A stretch of DNA of 64,000 nt, from the NCBI RefSeq assembly GCF_009914755.1, contig NC_060925.1. One strand, given 5' to 3'. Positions within the stretch are counted from its first letter, which is position 1. Each line of letters opens with the position of its first letter. Made by a program: the position numbers and the translations under genes. The DNA comes from the human T2T-CHM13v2.0 reference genome, Homo sapiens. Positions 1 through 17,984 of the stretch are shown here, piece by piece. The notes beneath the pieces are model-generated. The model made no database searches and was not told where the DNA came from. It saw only the letters and a program-made list of their open reading frames with translations.

Positions 1-2205
1 ATTTCAGGAGCTCCACTAAGAAGGCTCCTGGAGTCGAACTTGTCCCAGGCTCAGAGGAAAGGGACGGTCAGACTCTATCCTTAACTAGGACCCAGGGGAG
101 AAGACAGAAAAGAAAAAGAAAGTATGGAGGAAACAGAGAAGGTAAATTCTGTGTGGACTCAAAGGCAGCCTGTTGAGAACAGCAGCTGAACTGTTTTTAG
201 CATCCTCTGGATTCCAAATGTGTCTGTGACCCAGCTACAAGAAAACTGGGCTCTTCCTGGTAATGGTTGATATCTGTATGCCCTTCCAGATCTCAGCTGC
301 ATAAAGGCAAAACTCCATCTAGTCCAACTGTCAGGATAGCCCTCTGTGCTAATTACACAAATAAGCAGGCTGAGATCTAGATAGCTTACCAAAACTCAAA
401 CAGCTAGTATAAGGCAGAATGAGGCCTAAAACCCAGGTCTGGCGTTTTGAAACCAAAACACTTTTCATTACTTCAGGTGCTGGTTAAATATCCAGCCCAG
501 CACACAAATGCCCTCGTGAGTTAGGATACTTGTGTGTGTGTCTGAGTTCTCCATCCCTTTTCTGCCCCTCAGTTCCTCCTCCCAGGGGCACAGAGCCCTG
601 ATGTTGCCCTGGAGAAGGCCTTGCAACATCTGGAAGTCCAGGGAGAGTGAAGTGACTGCTGTGCCAGGTTGAGTCAGTGGAGGAACGCAGGCGTGTCAGC
701 GGGTTCCCAGGGGCGCTTTTCATCACCGAGGCACTCAGTAACAGGCTATCAATACCATTCCGAAATAGAAAGCATCAAACGGCCCAGGCTGTGGCTTTGA
801 GTCGCCACCGAGGTGGCCAGCACAGGAAGCATTAGCACGTCTTGCTTTTCTAGGAATAAAAGAACCGCAACTGTGTCCTTGAGTGTGTTAAACAATGTTA
901 ACTAGAGGGAAGGGTCAGGAGAGAGGTATGTGTGGTGGTTTATGGGCAGGAGATGAGAGAAACCACATGGCTCATTTGCCCGGCACTAATGGATCTGAAG
1001 CCAGGAGCCGGAGGCCAAGGGCACTGCTGTCTTGAAATGAGAAGAACTGAGAACAAGGGAAGTCCATTAGTGTCATGTTTGTGTTTCTCCTCCTCTGAAG
1101 CTGGATTCCAAGCTCACAGGGAGAAACGACCAACAGTTTTCATCCTCAAGAGCTTTTTCCCGTTAGTGTCAAATTATGCCAGTATGGAAAAGGCAAAAAA
1201 ACAGCAGTATAAATGGAGGCATTTGGAAGCGTACTAGGAAGCCTCTCTCCTCTGCCCAGGGCAAAGCTCAGATGCCTTAGGAAGATGATTAAGTTGATAT
1301 TTGGGGCAGGGGTTGCTCCTTCGCCCTTGACACGTGGATTTTCAGCAAGAGATCACCTTACTTACACAGGGTCTGAATCAAGTCCTGCTAACTAAAAAGT
1401 CAACCAAAGGCATCCAATTCACAATGTGACCTATTAATCAAGATCATCATGTACCTTAGCTCTGAGCCATCACTAATTTCACCAAAACAAAATTGTTTTG
1501 ATCTATAGAAATAAAAAATAACATCTTTAAAATAATAACATCTAATATGTACAAGCACTTACTTTGGGCCAGGCATTAAGTGCTTTACAAGTTCTAACCC
1601 ATTTAACTCTTACAGTGATGCAAAGAGGTAGAAAATTGTTGTATCCCCACTTTCAAACAAGAACACAGAGACACAGTGGAGTATTTCATCATCTATTGCC
1701 ACTTAACAAACTACTGCAATACTTCGTGACCTAAAACAACAATTTATTGCCATTATCTCATGTTTCTGGGGGAGCAGGAATTTGACGGGCAGTGCTACTC
1801 TGCTCCATGGGGTCTAGGACTACAGCTGGGATGATTTGAATAGTGAGGGGCTGGCCAGGCATCTCTGTCTGCATGGTGACTTCACAGGGCTAGCTTGAGT
1901 TTTTTCCTAGCATAGTGGCCTCGGGGTAGTTGGACTTCCAACATGGTGCCCCAGGGCAAGTTGTCCAAGAGGTCTGAGTGGAAGCTATAAGGCTTCTTAT
2001 CAAATAGCCTAGGAACCCACAGGAGGTGACTTCTGCCACAGGCCAGTCATTAAGACTAGCCAACATTCAGGGGAAAGGGAATTAGATTCTACCTCTAAAT
2101 ATGAAGAAAATCAACAAATTTAGAAGTATTTTCAGTCTGCTACAGTAAGTAATCAAGTCATATAACTAGTAAGCTGAAAAATAGCATTTTAACCTAGACA
2201 CTCTT

Positions 2206-2898
2206 TTGTAATTTTTAGAATTTATGTATTTATTTTAATTTTTGATTTTGTAAGTACATAGTAGCTGTATATACTTATGACGTACATGTGATGTTTTGAT
2301 ACAGGCATGCAATGCATAATAATCACATCATGGAGAATGAATGGGTTATCCATTCCCTCAAGCACTTATCCTTTGTATTATGAACAATCCAATTATACTG
2401 TTTTAGTTATTTTTAAATGTACAATTAAGTTATTATTGACTACAGTCACCCCATTGTGCTATCAAATAGTAGGTCTTATTCATTCTTTCTATTTTTTTGT
2501 ACCCATTAACCATCCCCACCTCTCCTCTTCCCCTTCCCCCCCAGTTTATTTTATTTTAGATTCAAGAGGTACATGTGCAGGTTTATTACAAGGGTATGTT
2601 GCATGATGCTGAGGTTTGGGCTTCTATTGATCCTGTCACCCAGATAGTGAACATACTACCCAATAGGTAGTTTTTCAACCCTTGGACTCCCCCTTCCCTT
2701 TTTTGCCATTCCCAGTGTCTATTATTCTCATCTTTATGTTCATGTGTATCCAATGTTTAGCTCCCACTTATTAGTGAGAACACGTGGTATTTGGTTTTCT
2801 GTTTATGTGTTTATTCACTTAGGAAAACAGCCTCCAACTGCATCCTTGTTGCTGCATACAACATGAGTTCATTATTTTTATGACTGCATAGTATTCTA
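2206..2898 (-). mobile_element. Two tandem L1 3' ends (L1MA-like 2230-2540, L1PA15/16-like 2545-2898) within one TSD, inserted in a MIR
   Basis: L1 3'UTR motifs. 17-bp TSD ttaacc(t/c)agacactctt at 2189-2205 and 2899-2915. Confidence 0.8.
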
Positions 2899-3150
2899 TT
2901 AACCCAGACACTCTTAACCACTACATCTGGAAGTTGAATTTATATATCATTGACACAAATTCAGTGGATGATGGATATTCTGGCATTCATTTGTAATTCA
3001 ATTGTTTGGAAAATTTACACTTTCTTCTAGAGGTGTAATGTTTCTTTTCCTCTTTCCTTAAGTATTTGTTAAACACCAACTTTGTGCCAGGCACTGTCCT
3101 AGGTGTTAGGGATAAAAAGCAAACAAACTACTGTCCCTGATTTTCAATGT

Positions 3151-3513
3151 TGTTATGGTTTGGCTGTGTCCCCACCCAAATCTCATCTTGAATTGTAGCT
3201 TCCATAATTCCTATGTGTTGGGGGAGGGACCTGGTGGGAGATAATTGAATCATGGGGGCGGTTTCCTCTATACTGTTCTCATGGTAGTGAATAAGTCTCA
3301 AGAGATCTGATGGTTTTACAAGGAGAAACCCCTTTCACTTGGTTCTCATTCTCTCTCTTGCCTGCTGCCATGTAAGAACGTGCCTTTCATCTTCTGCCAT
3401 GATTGAGGCCTCCCCAATAACGTGGAATTGTGAGTCCATTAAACCTATTTTTCTTTATAAATTACCCAGTGTCAGGTATGTCTTTATCAGCAATGTGAAA
3501 ACAGAGTAATGCA
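3151..3513 (+). mobile_element. THE1 solo LTR (MaLR)
   Basis: Starts tgttatggtttggctgtgtccccacccaaatctc. TG...CA ends and 5-bp TSD AATGT. Confidence 0.92.
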
Positions 3514-3702
3514 AATGTCCTGTAGTCTAATGAGGGGAACAAACATGTACTTAATTATTGTTCAATGTAATTAATACTGCATGATAGGAACTAATATGAA
3601 GATTGAGGAGAAAACATCTAATTATAGTTTAGGGGCTAGGGAGGCTTTCCAAAGGAAACAAGGTTTGAATTATATCTTAGAAGATTAAGAGAGTTTGCCA
3701 GG

Positions 3703-4074
3703 TGTTATGGACTGAGATTTTATGTCCCACCAAAACTCTTAGGTTGAAGCCCCAGTCACCAATGCAGCAGAATTTACAGATGGGGCCTTTAAGGAAGTTA
3801 TTAAGGCTAAATGAGATCTTAAAGGTGGGTCCTTGATGTGATATAATTAGTGTCTTTAAAAGAAGAGATACCAGAGAGCTCACACTTTCTCTGCCGTGTA
3901 AGGACACAGTGGGAAGACAGCCTTCTGAAAGCCAGGAGGAGAGCCCTCCCAGACACCGAATTGGCCAGAACCTTGATCCTGGACTTCTTGCCTCCAGATC
4001 TGTGGAAAATAAATTTGTGTTTAAGCCACTCACTTTATGATATTTTGTTATGTCAGCTCCAGCTGACTAAGACA
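3703..4074 (+). mobile_element. MLT1A-like solo LTR
   Basis: tgttatggactga...gactaagaca, MaLR LTR motifs. Confidence 0.8.
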
Positions 4075-4685
4075 CCAAATAAAAAGGGAAGGAAGAGTAT
4101 TCCAAAGAGAAGCAATAGCTTATGTAAGTGAAATGAGACTTAACAGAACAAGGTATAAGTAGGGAACCAGCAGTAGTTCACCAGGGCTGAAGCACAGGGT
4201 ATTTGTGGGGGAGCAGTGGTAAATAGACCAGAAAGATGCCAAAATCTAGATGCTTGGATCTCCTAGAATTGCTGAGTTAACCAGTCCTGGGGTTGCCTGA
4301 CTTCTGCATTTCTCCTTATGTGAGATAAGTTTTCGTATTGTTTGAACCATCTTGGCATAGTTTTCTGTCCTTTGTATTCTAAGGTACTTGAATCATTTAT
4401 GACAAATTTTAGCTGCATGTTATGAAAGTTTCAGAATAATTATGGTTTAAATAATATAGACTTTTAATTATTTCTTAATAAAAAATTACCAGATTTTGGC
4501 AGTCCAGGCCAGGCATACACTTCATGATGGCAAAGCGTAGGATCCCTTTATCAAGTTGCTATACCATTCTCAAGAGATAGCTTCAGGATCATGTTACAGA
4601 GTACAGCTATCATGTCTTCACTCTTACCAGGAAGATGGAAGGGGACAAGGGATGCCTCACACATCTTCTTTACAGACATAGAAAC

Positions 4686-4702
4686 CACACACACACACGT
4701 AT

Positions 4703-4737
<35 letters not shown>
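4686..4737. repeat. (CA)n microsatellite
   Basis: Direct reading. Confidence 0.95.
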
Positions 4738-4740
<3 letters not shown>

Positions 4741-5569
4741 CACTTCCACTTTATGCCATTGGGTCATATGCCATTGGAGCATGTCTGTTGCAGCTTGAAA
4801 AGTTGTCTTTTCTTTGGATATCTATGCTTCCAGGTAAAAAAGTCTGTGGGTTTTTACTAAAGAAGAAGAGGTGTAGGGATATTGAGGGATACTTACTAGT
4901 CTCTACCACGTGGAGAATCTCCCTAAGTCATCTAGATGATGGTATAGTTGCATGGGCGACAGTGAGGAAAGAGTGGAGATTCCCAGACAGGATTTTGTAA
5001 AGTACTGTGAGGATAATTCTGGTGTAACTGGAATTTTGCCATAGTGTCTGCCTTGCACTCAGTTTCCTGCTGGAACAATATGTTCTTTCTCAATGTTCCT
5101 CAAACCACTTCCCTGGAGTTTTATAAAAGCCTTTCAACCTTGTCGAGAAGAGAGAGAAACATAAAATAGAGAGAATATTTTGGTCAATATATTCTTGTTA
5201 ATGCATAGTATTTAATGGTCTATAATGTGCTTCTGTATCATATAACCCACATGGATATAAAAAGGGAGCCATATTAAAGAATCATTCTGGTTTTGACTAT
5301 TGCAGCCACTAGAATCTCGATGGCAATACTCAGGTGCAGTGTGCCATTTTCAAATATTTACAATAGATCTGAAAGGGCTTCCTAACTCAGGGATGAAGGA
5401 GATGGTTCAACAACTGAGTCTATATTGGAGATCAAGAACCTATACACTTTAACAAAGCAGTGTCAGATCATTTATAAGCAAAAACATTGTGTGCTTATCA
5501 ATGGAGTGTAGACTATCACTTTCTCCTCTCCTTCTCACTAAGGAACTGGTGAACATCCTTAGATGACGA

Positions 5570-5990
5570 ATAGTTTTCTGAGGTTTCCGTAACAAAGTAC
5601 CATAAGTTGTGTGGCTTAAACAACAGAATTTAGGCTAGAGGTCCAAGATCAAAGTGTCAGTAGGGTGGGTTCCTTCTGAGGGCCGTGATGGAGAATCTTT
5701 TCCTCATCTATCTCCTCACTACTGGTGGTTTGCTGCCGATATTTGACTTATAAATAGCTTTCTCATCATGTCTTCATATCATCTTCCTTCTAGGCGTGTC
5801 TGCCTCTGTGTCCAAATCTCCCCTTTTTATAAGGACACCAGTCATATTGTATTAGGGCCCTCCTTTATGACATTTTAAGAAAATGGATTACCTCTGCAAA
5901 TACCTTATTTGCAAATAAAGTCACATTCTGAGGTACTGGGGGTTAGCCATCCAATATATCTATTTTTGGGGTGATACAAGTCAACTCATG
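5570..5990 (-). mobile_element. MLT1 (B/C-like) LTR
   Basis: gtaacaaagtaccataa...ggcttaaacaacagaa...gtcacattctgaggtactgggggttag. Confidence 0.75.
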
Positions 5991-6122
5991 GCAGATGAGT
6001 ATTACTGAAGAGAGAGCTTTGCTTTTGGTTCAGTTTAGATTTGTCTTCTTCTGAGTTCTGTGGAATTTCCTCTGATGTCCTACATTCCTCCCAAGTGATG
6101 CTGTGCATATTTGTTAGGGCGC

Positions 6123-6850
6123 TGCTATCATCAGAATGTTTATTTCCTCCCCCAAATTCATATGCTGAAATCCTAACCCCCAAGGTGATAGTATTAGGAA
6201 GTGGGGGCCTTAGGGAGGCAATTAGGCCATGAGGGACAGAGCTCTCATGAGTCAGATTAGTGTCCTGATAAAAGAAGACCCCAAAGAGCTAGCTCACCCC
6301 TTCCACCACATAAGAACAGCAAGTGGGTGCTATTTATAAGGAAGCAGACAATCACCAGTACAGAATCTGCTGGCACCTTGGTATGGTTTGGCTGTGTCCC
6401 CACCCAAATCTCACCTTGAATTGTAATCCCCATAATCTCTATGTGTTAATGGTGGGACCAGGTGGAGGTAATTGGATCATGGGGCATTTTCCCCCATGCT
6501 GTTCTCATGATAGTGAGTGAGTCTTACAAGATCTGATGGTTTTATAAGCATCTGGCATTTCCCCTGCTTGCACTCACTCCCTCCTGCTGCCCCCTGAAGA
6601 AGGTGCCTGCTTCTCCTTTGCCTTCTGCCATGATTGTAAGTTTCCTGAGGCCTCTCCAGGAATGTGGAACTGTGAGTCAATTAAATCTCTTTCCTTTATA
6701 AATTACCCAGTCTCCAGTATTTCTCCATATCAGTATGAGAACAGACTAATACATACCTTGACCTTGGACTTCCTAGTCTCATTTCTGTTATTTAAAAGCC
6801 ACACAGATTATGGTATTTTGTTATAGTATCTCAAACAGGCTTTGAGAGGT
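6123..6850 (+). mobile_element. MLT1A/MST-like LTR interrupted by a THE1 LTR (6379-6753)
   Basis: Inner LTR tggtatggtttggctgtgtcc...gactaataca with TSD cacct/tacct. Confidence 0.85.
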
Positions 6851-7289
6851 GCTTACTAGTAATTTCTTATGTTATTTCTCAGAATTCACATTAAGTATTC
6901 AAATTGTATCAATATTGCTGAGGAGACTGGATCCCCCCCAAACTCCTTGCAAAATGCTAACCACTTGCTTTGCTTTTTACTATGGGAATGGCTGCAGGGT
7001 GTTTCATCTTTGATTCCCTCATTTCCTCTCAACACTCTGGATGCCGATACTGTATTTGGCCTCCTCTACTCCCCCCTCTTCCCCACAATACTTGCTTTCT
7101 TTTTCTCTCTGCCAGCTGCATTGAAAAAAAAATCCTTTTAGTAAAAATAGTTATTTTCTGAATGGAATCTAATCTCTTCCTCCCACTAAGCAGTGGCATC
7201 TTCTGTGTAACACCATTAAACATGCCCTCTGAGAGCTCAGGGGCAGTTTCCCTTTATCAATACAATGTTCTTATCTGCTTTTATCTTAT

Positions 7290-7513
7290 TTTTGAATAGT
7301 TAGTGATGTTTCCTGACATTTACAACATCCCTCTGCCACCTACAGCCCCCTAATCAAGAGAATTGTGCTGATGGGGCCACGGTGGGCAGAGGATAGTCCA
7401 TCCTTGGCTTGTCTGGAGGTATCTTGTGCAGAGGATGGTTTCATTGAGGACATGATGTCTTTATCATTCAGGGTGATTCACTTCAGGATTCTGTCTAAAT
7501 TATTCAGTGAGTA
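7290..7513 (-). pseudogene. Candidate terminal exon
   Basis: Strong acceptor tgtttctctccacctgtctgcttag|. Reads YSLNNLDRILK*ITLNDKDIMSSMKPSSAQDTSRQAKDGLSSAHRGPISTILLIRGL*. Confidence 0.4.
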
Positions 7514-7708
7514 CTAAGCAGACAGGTGGAGAGAAACAGAGATGCAATGAGAAAGAGTTCAACAGATCTGTCTAGTCTTCAGGGGAGACTTGGGCTCTGA
7601 TATCTTCTTGTTCCTGCTTCAGTCTAAATCCTGAGAATCAACTTTCCTCTCCCCAACACTTTTTAACTGGTTCTCACAACCAAAAACACCCTAACTTATT
7701 TCTAACCA

Positions 7709-7732
7709 TTTCTTTCCTTTTCTTTCTTTCAT

Positions 7733-7800
<68 letters not shown>

Positions 7801-7818
7801 TTTCTTTCTTTCTCTTTC
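7709..7818. repeat. (TTTC)n microsatellite
   Basis: Direct reading. Confidence 0.95.
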
Positions 7819-10748
7819 ATAATTTGCTCATCCCAACAATCTCCTGAGGCTCAGAGACCTTTAAAAGATATTCCACATTAAATGGTGGAGCTGAGACTGA
7901 AACGTGATTCTTCTGATAACAAATGTCATATGCTTGACTGTAACGTGTTATAAAGCTATTAGTGAAAATATGCTGAGAAACAAAGCACAAGGATGGTATT
8001 ATCTGCTAAAGAGCTGTAGTGGTGCTGGGCAAGGAATATTTCACAGAGGTTTCATTCATCTTTCTAATTTCATTGGATCTTCAAAGCAAACCTGTGGGAT
8101 AGAGACATGAGAAACACCTTTATCTTCAGTTTTATTTGTTATTTATTTAGGAGACAGGGTCTCACTTCATTCATCCAGGCCTGGAGTGCAGTGATGTGAT
8201 CTCAGCTCACTGCAGCCTCAACATCTCAGGCTCAAGTGATCCTCCTACCTCAGATCCCTGAATAGCTAGGAGTATATCTGCAGTTTTCAATGCAGAAACT
8301 GTACTTCTAGGCTTGGCCAAGGCCATAGAACCAGGAAATGCTTATGACAGTGATTAGATTATATATTTTTAAAGACCCTGACCCATGGGTGACATATATT
8401 TTACTTCAATAAATGTTTTTAGGCAGGAAGACAGAAGAGAGTGAATGAAAGATGGAAAGGAGGAAGGAAGAGAAAGGAAGAAGGAAGAATGTCTTTTCAC
8501 AACCTCAAGCCATCGCCAACACTCAGTGATCAATGATTCAGTGCTTGTCACTACCCCTTCAACCAAGGGTTCCACCACTCCATGCTCAGCAGTCCCCAAG
8601 CTTATTTCTTAGAAGTTTTGTGTTTGGGATACCTAGAGCTTGATTATTCTGGTACTCAGTGAGTCATCCTCTCCTCCATCTGTTTATATAACAAGTCTAA
8701 CCACAGCCATTGTTGCTGATTATATGGTGGAAATGACCTAACAATGTTTTATTTAATGATCTCCAACCATTTCCATCTGGTCTGTGGGTGGCTGCACAGT
8801 CATTATTCATCAGTGGAACTTTGCAAACACAAACACATATGTATGTATGTAATAAAACCTCAATAATTTACACTAATTGGAGGGAAGGCCTATTTGAGTT
8901 AACAAAAAGTAAGAAACACTGTTTTATTACTTTCAAGCCCATGATGTAATTAACCACTTAATGAGCATGTGGCTTGGTGGAAAGCACTGGAATAGGAGTC
9001 TTCTGAGCTGGACCTTGATAAGGAGAGAAATGAGATAAATGTGGATATGCAGCCTGGGTCACACAAGATGCAACACCGGAGCATGGTGACCACATCTCAG
9101 GGTCTGACTTATAGGTCCAGAAATGTAAAATTCTTGATATTGCAAGAAGTAATCTACTCTGTGAGGTTAAAAGGCATGTCCAAGTGCACGCAACAAATAA
9201 ATGAATCATGTGAAACAAAATTATATGTGACTGAAACAAAATTTAATGCTAATTTGTTAGCTTTATCTGAAGTCATTTTTCATGTGGACAAATATATATG
9301 TTAGCTAACTAGTACATTATCATCTTTCATTTAGGAAAGTTCTCAGCATAAATCGATTTTGATCAATTAGGTTGCATTCTGTCGCAAGTTACAACAACTA
9401 CAATTCAAAATAGGTGACACAAATGGGGGTTTCTAGAAAAGGAAATTCGGAGTGAGACCTGGAGTTGGATTGATTAGACATTTAACAACATTATCAAAGT
9501 CTGATTTTGTTTGTATGTTTGTTGTATATGCGTTGTGTGTGCAAGTGTGCACACAGAAGTGCCTCGTCTCTGCCTTCTGCAGTGTCTTGTTTCCTTTAAG
9601 GCTGGTTTCTTTTATGGTGGCAAAACGGCTGCATTGCTTTACATCTGTGTACCACATGGCCCAGAATGGAGTGAGACTCAGAGAGAGGGAGGGAGAAAGG
9701 GCAAGAAGGGGAGGAAAGGAGAGGAGATTGGGGGAAAAAGGAACTGGGGATGGTCCTAACATACATTACTCTTAGAAAAGTGCATGGGAAGCAGCATAGA
9801 ATCAGAGGAAAAAATTTCCTGGATGAAAATAGTCACTGTTATCCAGCTCATGGCATCACCTCTCTTGGACGGGGATGGAGGCAACATGGCCAATTCATGT
9901 TCTTTCATTGCCTATTTCTAGTCCCAATGCAAGCTAAGCCTCCTTTTCCATTACCATCTTAGGAAGATTACAAGGAATTCATTAGACCACAGCTCTTCCC
10001 TCCACCATAAATTGTATTCTAGTTACACCTTCCTGAAAATGTATCTCAATTATTTTTACTAGACTTGGAAAGATCCATGTTTATTGGCTCTTAGGTGATA
10101 GATCTTTTCCCATTTTGTATAGATCCCTACTGGTTTCCTTCTCAGAGAGAGATTCCTAGTCAACAAGTTCTGGGGGACATTAAGTTAACTTAGTAAGTCT
10201 TTTCTGTATGGAAGCCACTGAAATAAACTTAAGGTAACACACATACATTATTTCATCGAATCTACAGAAGGCATTATTCTCATTTAGAAAGGTTTAAGGA
10301 TCCAGCCCAAATTCCCACAGCTTCTGAAAGGTAGATCCATGGCTTCCCACATGTATTACAGTCTTCTGAGAAGTAAAGTACAGACATTAGTTCCAGCTCT
10401 GCCATTATCCATGTGTGTGGTCCTGCTTTCTTCATCTGTAAAATGACGGGGGTGGATTAGATGATTTTTGAGATTGTGTCTGATTCTAAGATGCTATGCA
10501 TTTATGTTTGCATGCATGGATGCTTTGCATTTATGTAACATCTTACTTAGTCTGCTTTTCCTGAGTAGATAAACTCAGGTATAGTTAGTAATGTGTAATA
10601 GGCAAATAAATGTGGCAGAGACTGGAAAACTCTTTATTTCTTTTAGCTGTTTAAATATTGCTCTTGAAAATATCTTGAAAAGCCCAAAAGAGAGACTCCA
10701 ACTCCACCGTGGTGAAATGTGGGAGCCACAAATCAGAGACTGACTTAC

Positions 10749-10916
10749 CTTGGGGATATCCAGGATCTTTTCCCATTAAAAATAGTGTCCTTGTCTTCTC
10801 TGAGGCCTCTTATGGCTTTGATGGATCAACAAAGAGCTTCTTCATGCATCTGAATAGTGACTGAGCTGAACTTTTATCACATGGGTTTATCTTTTTAAAA
10901 ATGAGACGTGAATATT
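10749..10916 (-). pseudogene. Candidate exon, 168 nt, phase 1-1
   Basis: Perfect donor AAG|GTAAGT. Pyrimidine tract ending in an atypical gag|. Reads EYSRLIFKKINPCDKSSAQSLFRCMKKLFVDPSKP*EASEKTRTLFLMGKDPGYPQ (one stop). The next phase-1 acceptor cccccag| is at 10169. Confidence 0.5.
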
Positions 10917-11120
10917 CTCAACAGGGAAGAAAATTAAGCAAATTCACCCAGGTATGGTTAAAGTTACACTTGTGTAGTAATGGCTGTTCTTTTTTTTTCC
11001 TTGTACCCTCTACTTTGATTATCAGAGACAATGCAGGGCAGTGGCTACTGAGCCTTGATCCCTACTGTGTGGTGTAAGAAGGAGAAAGTTTAAACATATC
11101 CAGGCAATTAAAAAAAATAA

Positions 11121-11438
<318 letters not shown>

Positions 11439-11444
11439 TAGGAC

Positions 11445-14270
<2,826 letters not shown>

Positions 14271-14573
14271 GAAATTTTTAAAATGCTACTTACATTTGTG
14301 GGCCAATTGGCTTAATTAAGAAAATGTGAGTTTCAAGTCAAGGCTAAGTGAAAAAAAAAAAAAGAAAGAAAAAGAAAATAGTGCTTAATTTGCCTTCTCT
14401 CTCACTCTCTCAGGCTTTTCCGCCTGCCACAAAACTAGTTTAGTAGTGCAATGAGCACCAAACCTGGAGTTAGTCCAGAGTTAAAACCTCAAGTTCTGCC
14501 ACTTCCTAGTCATGTGACCTTTCAGCTCAGACATTATACTGTTGTTGCTTGTTTTCCATCACCATAAGTTTGA

Positions 14574-14915
<342 letters not shown>

Positions 14916-15997
14916 CTGCTTCTTTTCATGCCTACAAACTTTTGATTGAATAGCAGACATTGTTAATGTTATGTTTTGGGGTGTAGATTTTTTCCAATCC
15001 TTCAAATACTTATTAGGCTTTATTTTGGGATGTAACTAAGTTACTTGGAAACAAATTGATCCTTTTGACTTGCTTTTAATCTTTGTTAGGAAAGACCAGA
15101 TCAGTTTTTAGTATAGGATTAATTTAGCCTGATTGCTAAAGTGATAACTTTTGAGTACTCTATTTTGTACCCCATATCTTAGGAGGTCTTTTACTCTTGC
15201 TAGTAGAAACAGAATATTCCCTGACCCTCACTGAGTTCTGGAGATTGCTTTTTTCTGATGGTTCTCTCCTGGCTTGGTAGTTTCTCTACACATGTGTGCT
15301 GATTAGTGTAGACTAAAGATGCAAGGGGTCCCTCTGCATCTCTTTGTAGCTTTCCTTCTGTGTAGCTGTCTCCTTTACAGTACTCTGCCCAGAAATTTTA
15401 GCTGCCTGGCCTCCCAGTGCTCCAAACATTGTGTCCTTAAATTGCTAGGCTCTGTTTGTTTCCTCCCTCCTTTGATATAGCCTGGAAACATCCCCAGACA
15501 ATGAGCTAGGGCATTGTAGGACTCATCTTTTTGTTTCCCTTCTCTTAAGGATCACTGTCCTGCTTTGCCTGTTTCTCAATGTCTGAAAACCAATGTTTCA
15601 TATGTTTTATATAGAGTTTTAGTTTTTTAAGGTGGGAGGGTAAATCCAGTCCCTGTTAGTCTATTGTGGCAAGAAGTAGTTCACATCCCTATTTTAGGAA
15701 CCGCAGCCCCACTTCTCACCAGCTGTGTGGGCCTAGGCAAGTTACATAACCTCCAGACACTCAGTTCCTTCAGCGGTAAAGTGTAAAATTATAGTAATAC
15801 CTATGTATAGTAGGGTCATTAGAATTAAGTAAAATAATCTATATGATGTACTTAAGTCTGTTGCTTGGCACACAGCAAGAAGTTATAAAATTCTAGCAAT
15901 GATGATGATATTGATGCTTAGAAAACATGTTTATGGTGAACTCAAAGCCACAAGTTTCTCAATGCCATAAGTTTCATGTCTATAAAATGTCCAGGGC

Positions 15998-16797
<800 letters not shown>

Positions 16798-17540
16798 TTA
16801 TAAAAGGAGAATTTAATTCCCAGTGATAGTTCCCACATGGAGTAAATTTAACCTGGTGAAAATCTCATGAGACTGTCCTTATTTTCCCCTTTCTCTGCCG
16901 ATTAGTTACCACTTGGCACACAGACTGATGTTTAGGAATCACCACTCCATGTGCTCCTTTTAGCTGCTGGTCCATCTCCTCCTGGAGTTCCTGCCACTCC
17001 AGTGTCTGGCTCAGGGTTTGCCATACTCCTTAGTTTGAATCCTCCTGTTATACCCTCTCAGGGGCCTCTACTGCTATGCTGGCAATACTCATTGCAACAG
17101 TAACAATTGCTCAATGCCTGTTTTACTCACTACTGGGTGAGGAGTAACTTGATCACTGTCACATGCAGAGTAGCTTCCAGGTACCTTTAAGTATTTATCA
17201 AACCAAATTTCATTTGACTTCTGGGCTGACTTTCCTTTGGAAGTGTTTTCTTATTAAATGCTAGCTGGGTCAGGTGACTGTGTCCTTCTTAGCCTATCAT
17301 ATCCTTTCTCCCTCCTCTGAATTCAGAGACCAGAAGGCTTTTCAAATTGTTTCCTGACGCATTCCCATGGCAAAGGAAAATGACACAGGACTCCTGGAGG
17401 TCCAGGAATATCGATCTACGCTGCCCACCACATACAGGAAATTTATTTGAAGTCTCATGATTTAGCTGATAATTGGTATGATTGTTTTATTCTGCTCCAC
17501 AAATTATCCACTTAGAAAAACCTCTCTTTTAGTTACTCAC

Positions 17541-17697
17541 CATAGAGTAAAATGAAGGGTCTAAATGTCCTGCTTGCATATGTTGACTTCTAATTCTCCT
17601 TGCCACCAGTGCTCTATGCCACACAGACTTAAGTTTGAGAAAATCTGTGTTCTGCTTCTTTGGCCTTATGACCCTTGAGAGAGAAGATAAACCAGAC
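17541..17697 (-). pseudogene. Candidate exon, 157 nt
   Basis: Acceptor aactttccag|, donor ATG|GTGAGT, and one fully open frame (SGLSSLSRVIRPKKQNTDFLKLKSVWHRALVARRIRSQHMQAGHLDPSFYSM). Confidence 0.45.
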
Positions 17698-17984
17698 CTG
17701 GAAAGTTTTGTTGCAAAGATAAAGATGGGTGGCCAGGTGCAAATAAGTATGATACTCAAGACTGGCTGGGTCCCTCTTCTAGCCTAGAGGCTTGCTAATC
17801 AAAGTGTGACCTGAAGATCACCTGGGAGACTGTTAGGCATGCAGAATCTAATGCCCATCCCAACTTGCTCTATCAGAATCTGCATTTTAATAAGACCTGG
17901 AGGATATTAAGAAGCACATTAAAGTTTGAGAAGCACTTAGAGAAATAGATCTTTACAAAATAGAAGCTTTTAAAAAAGTAACAA

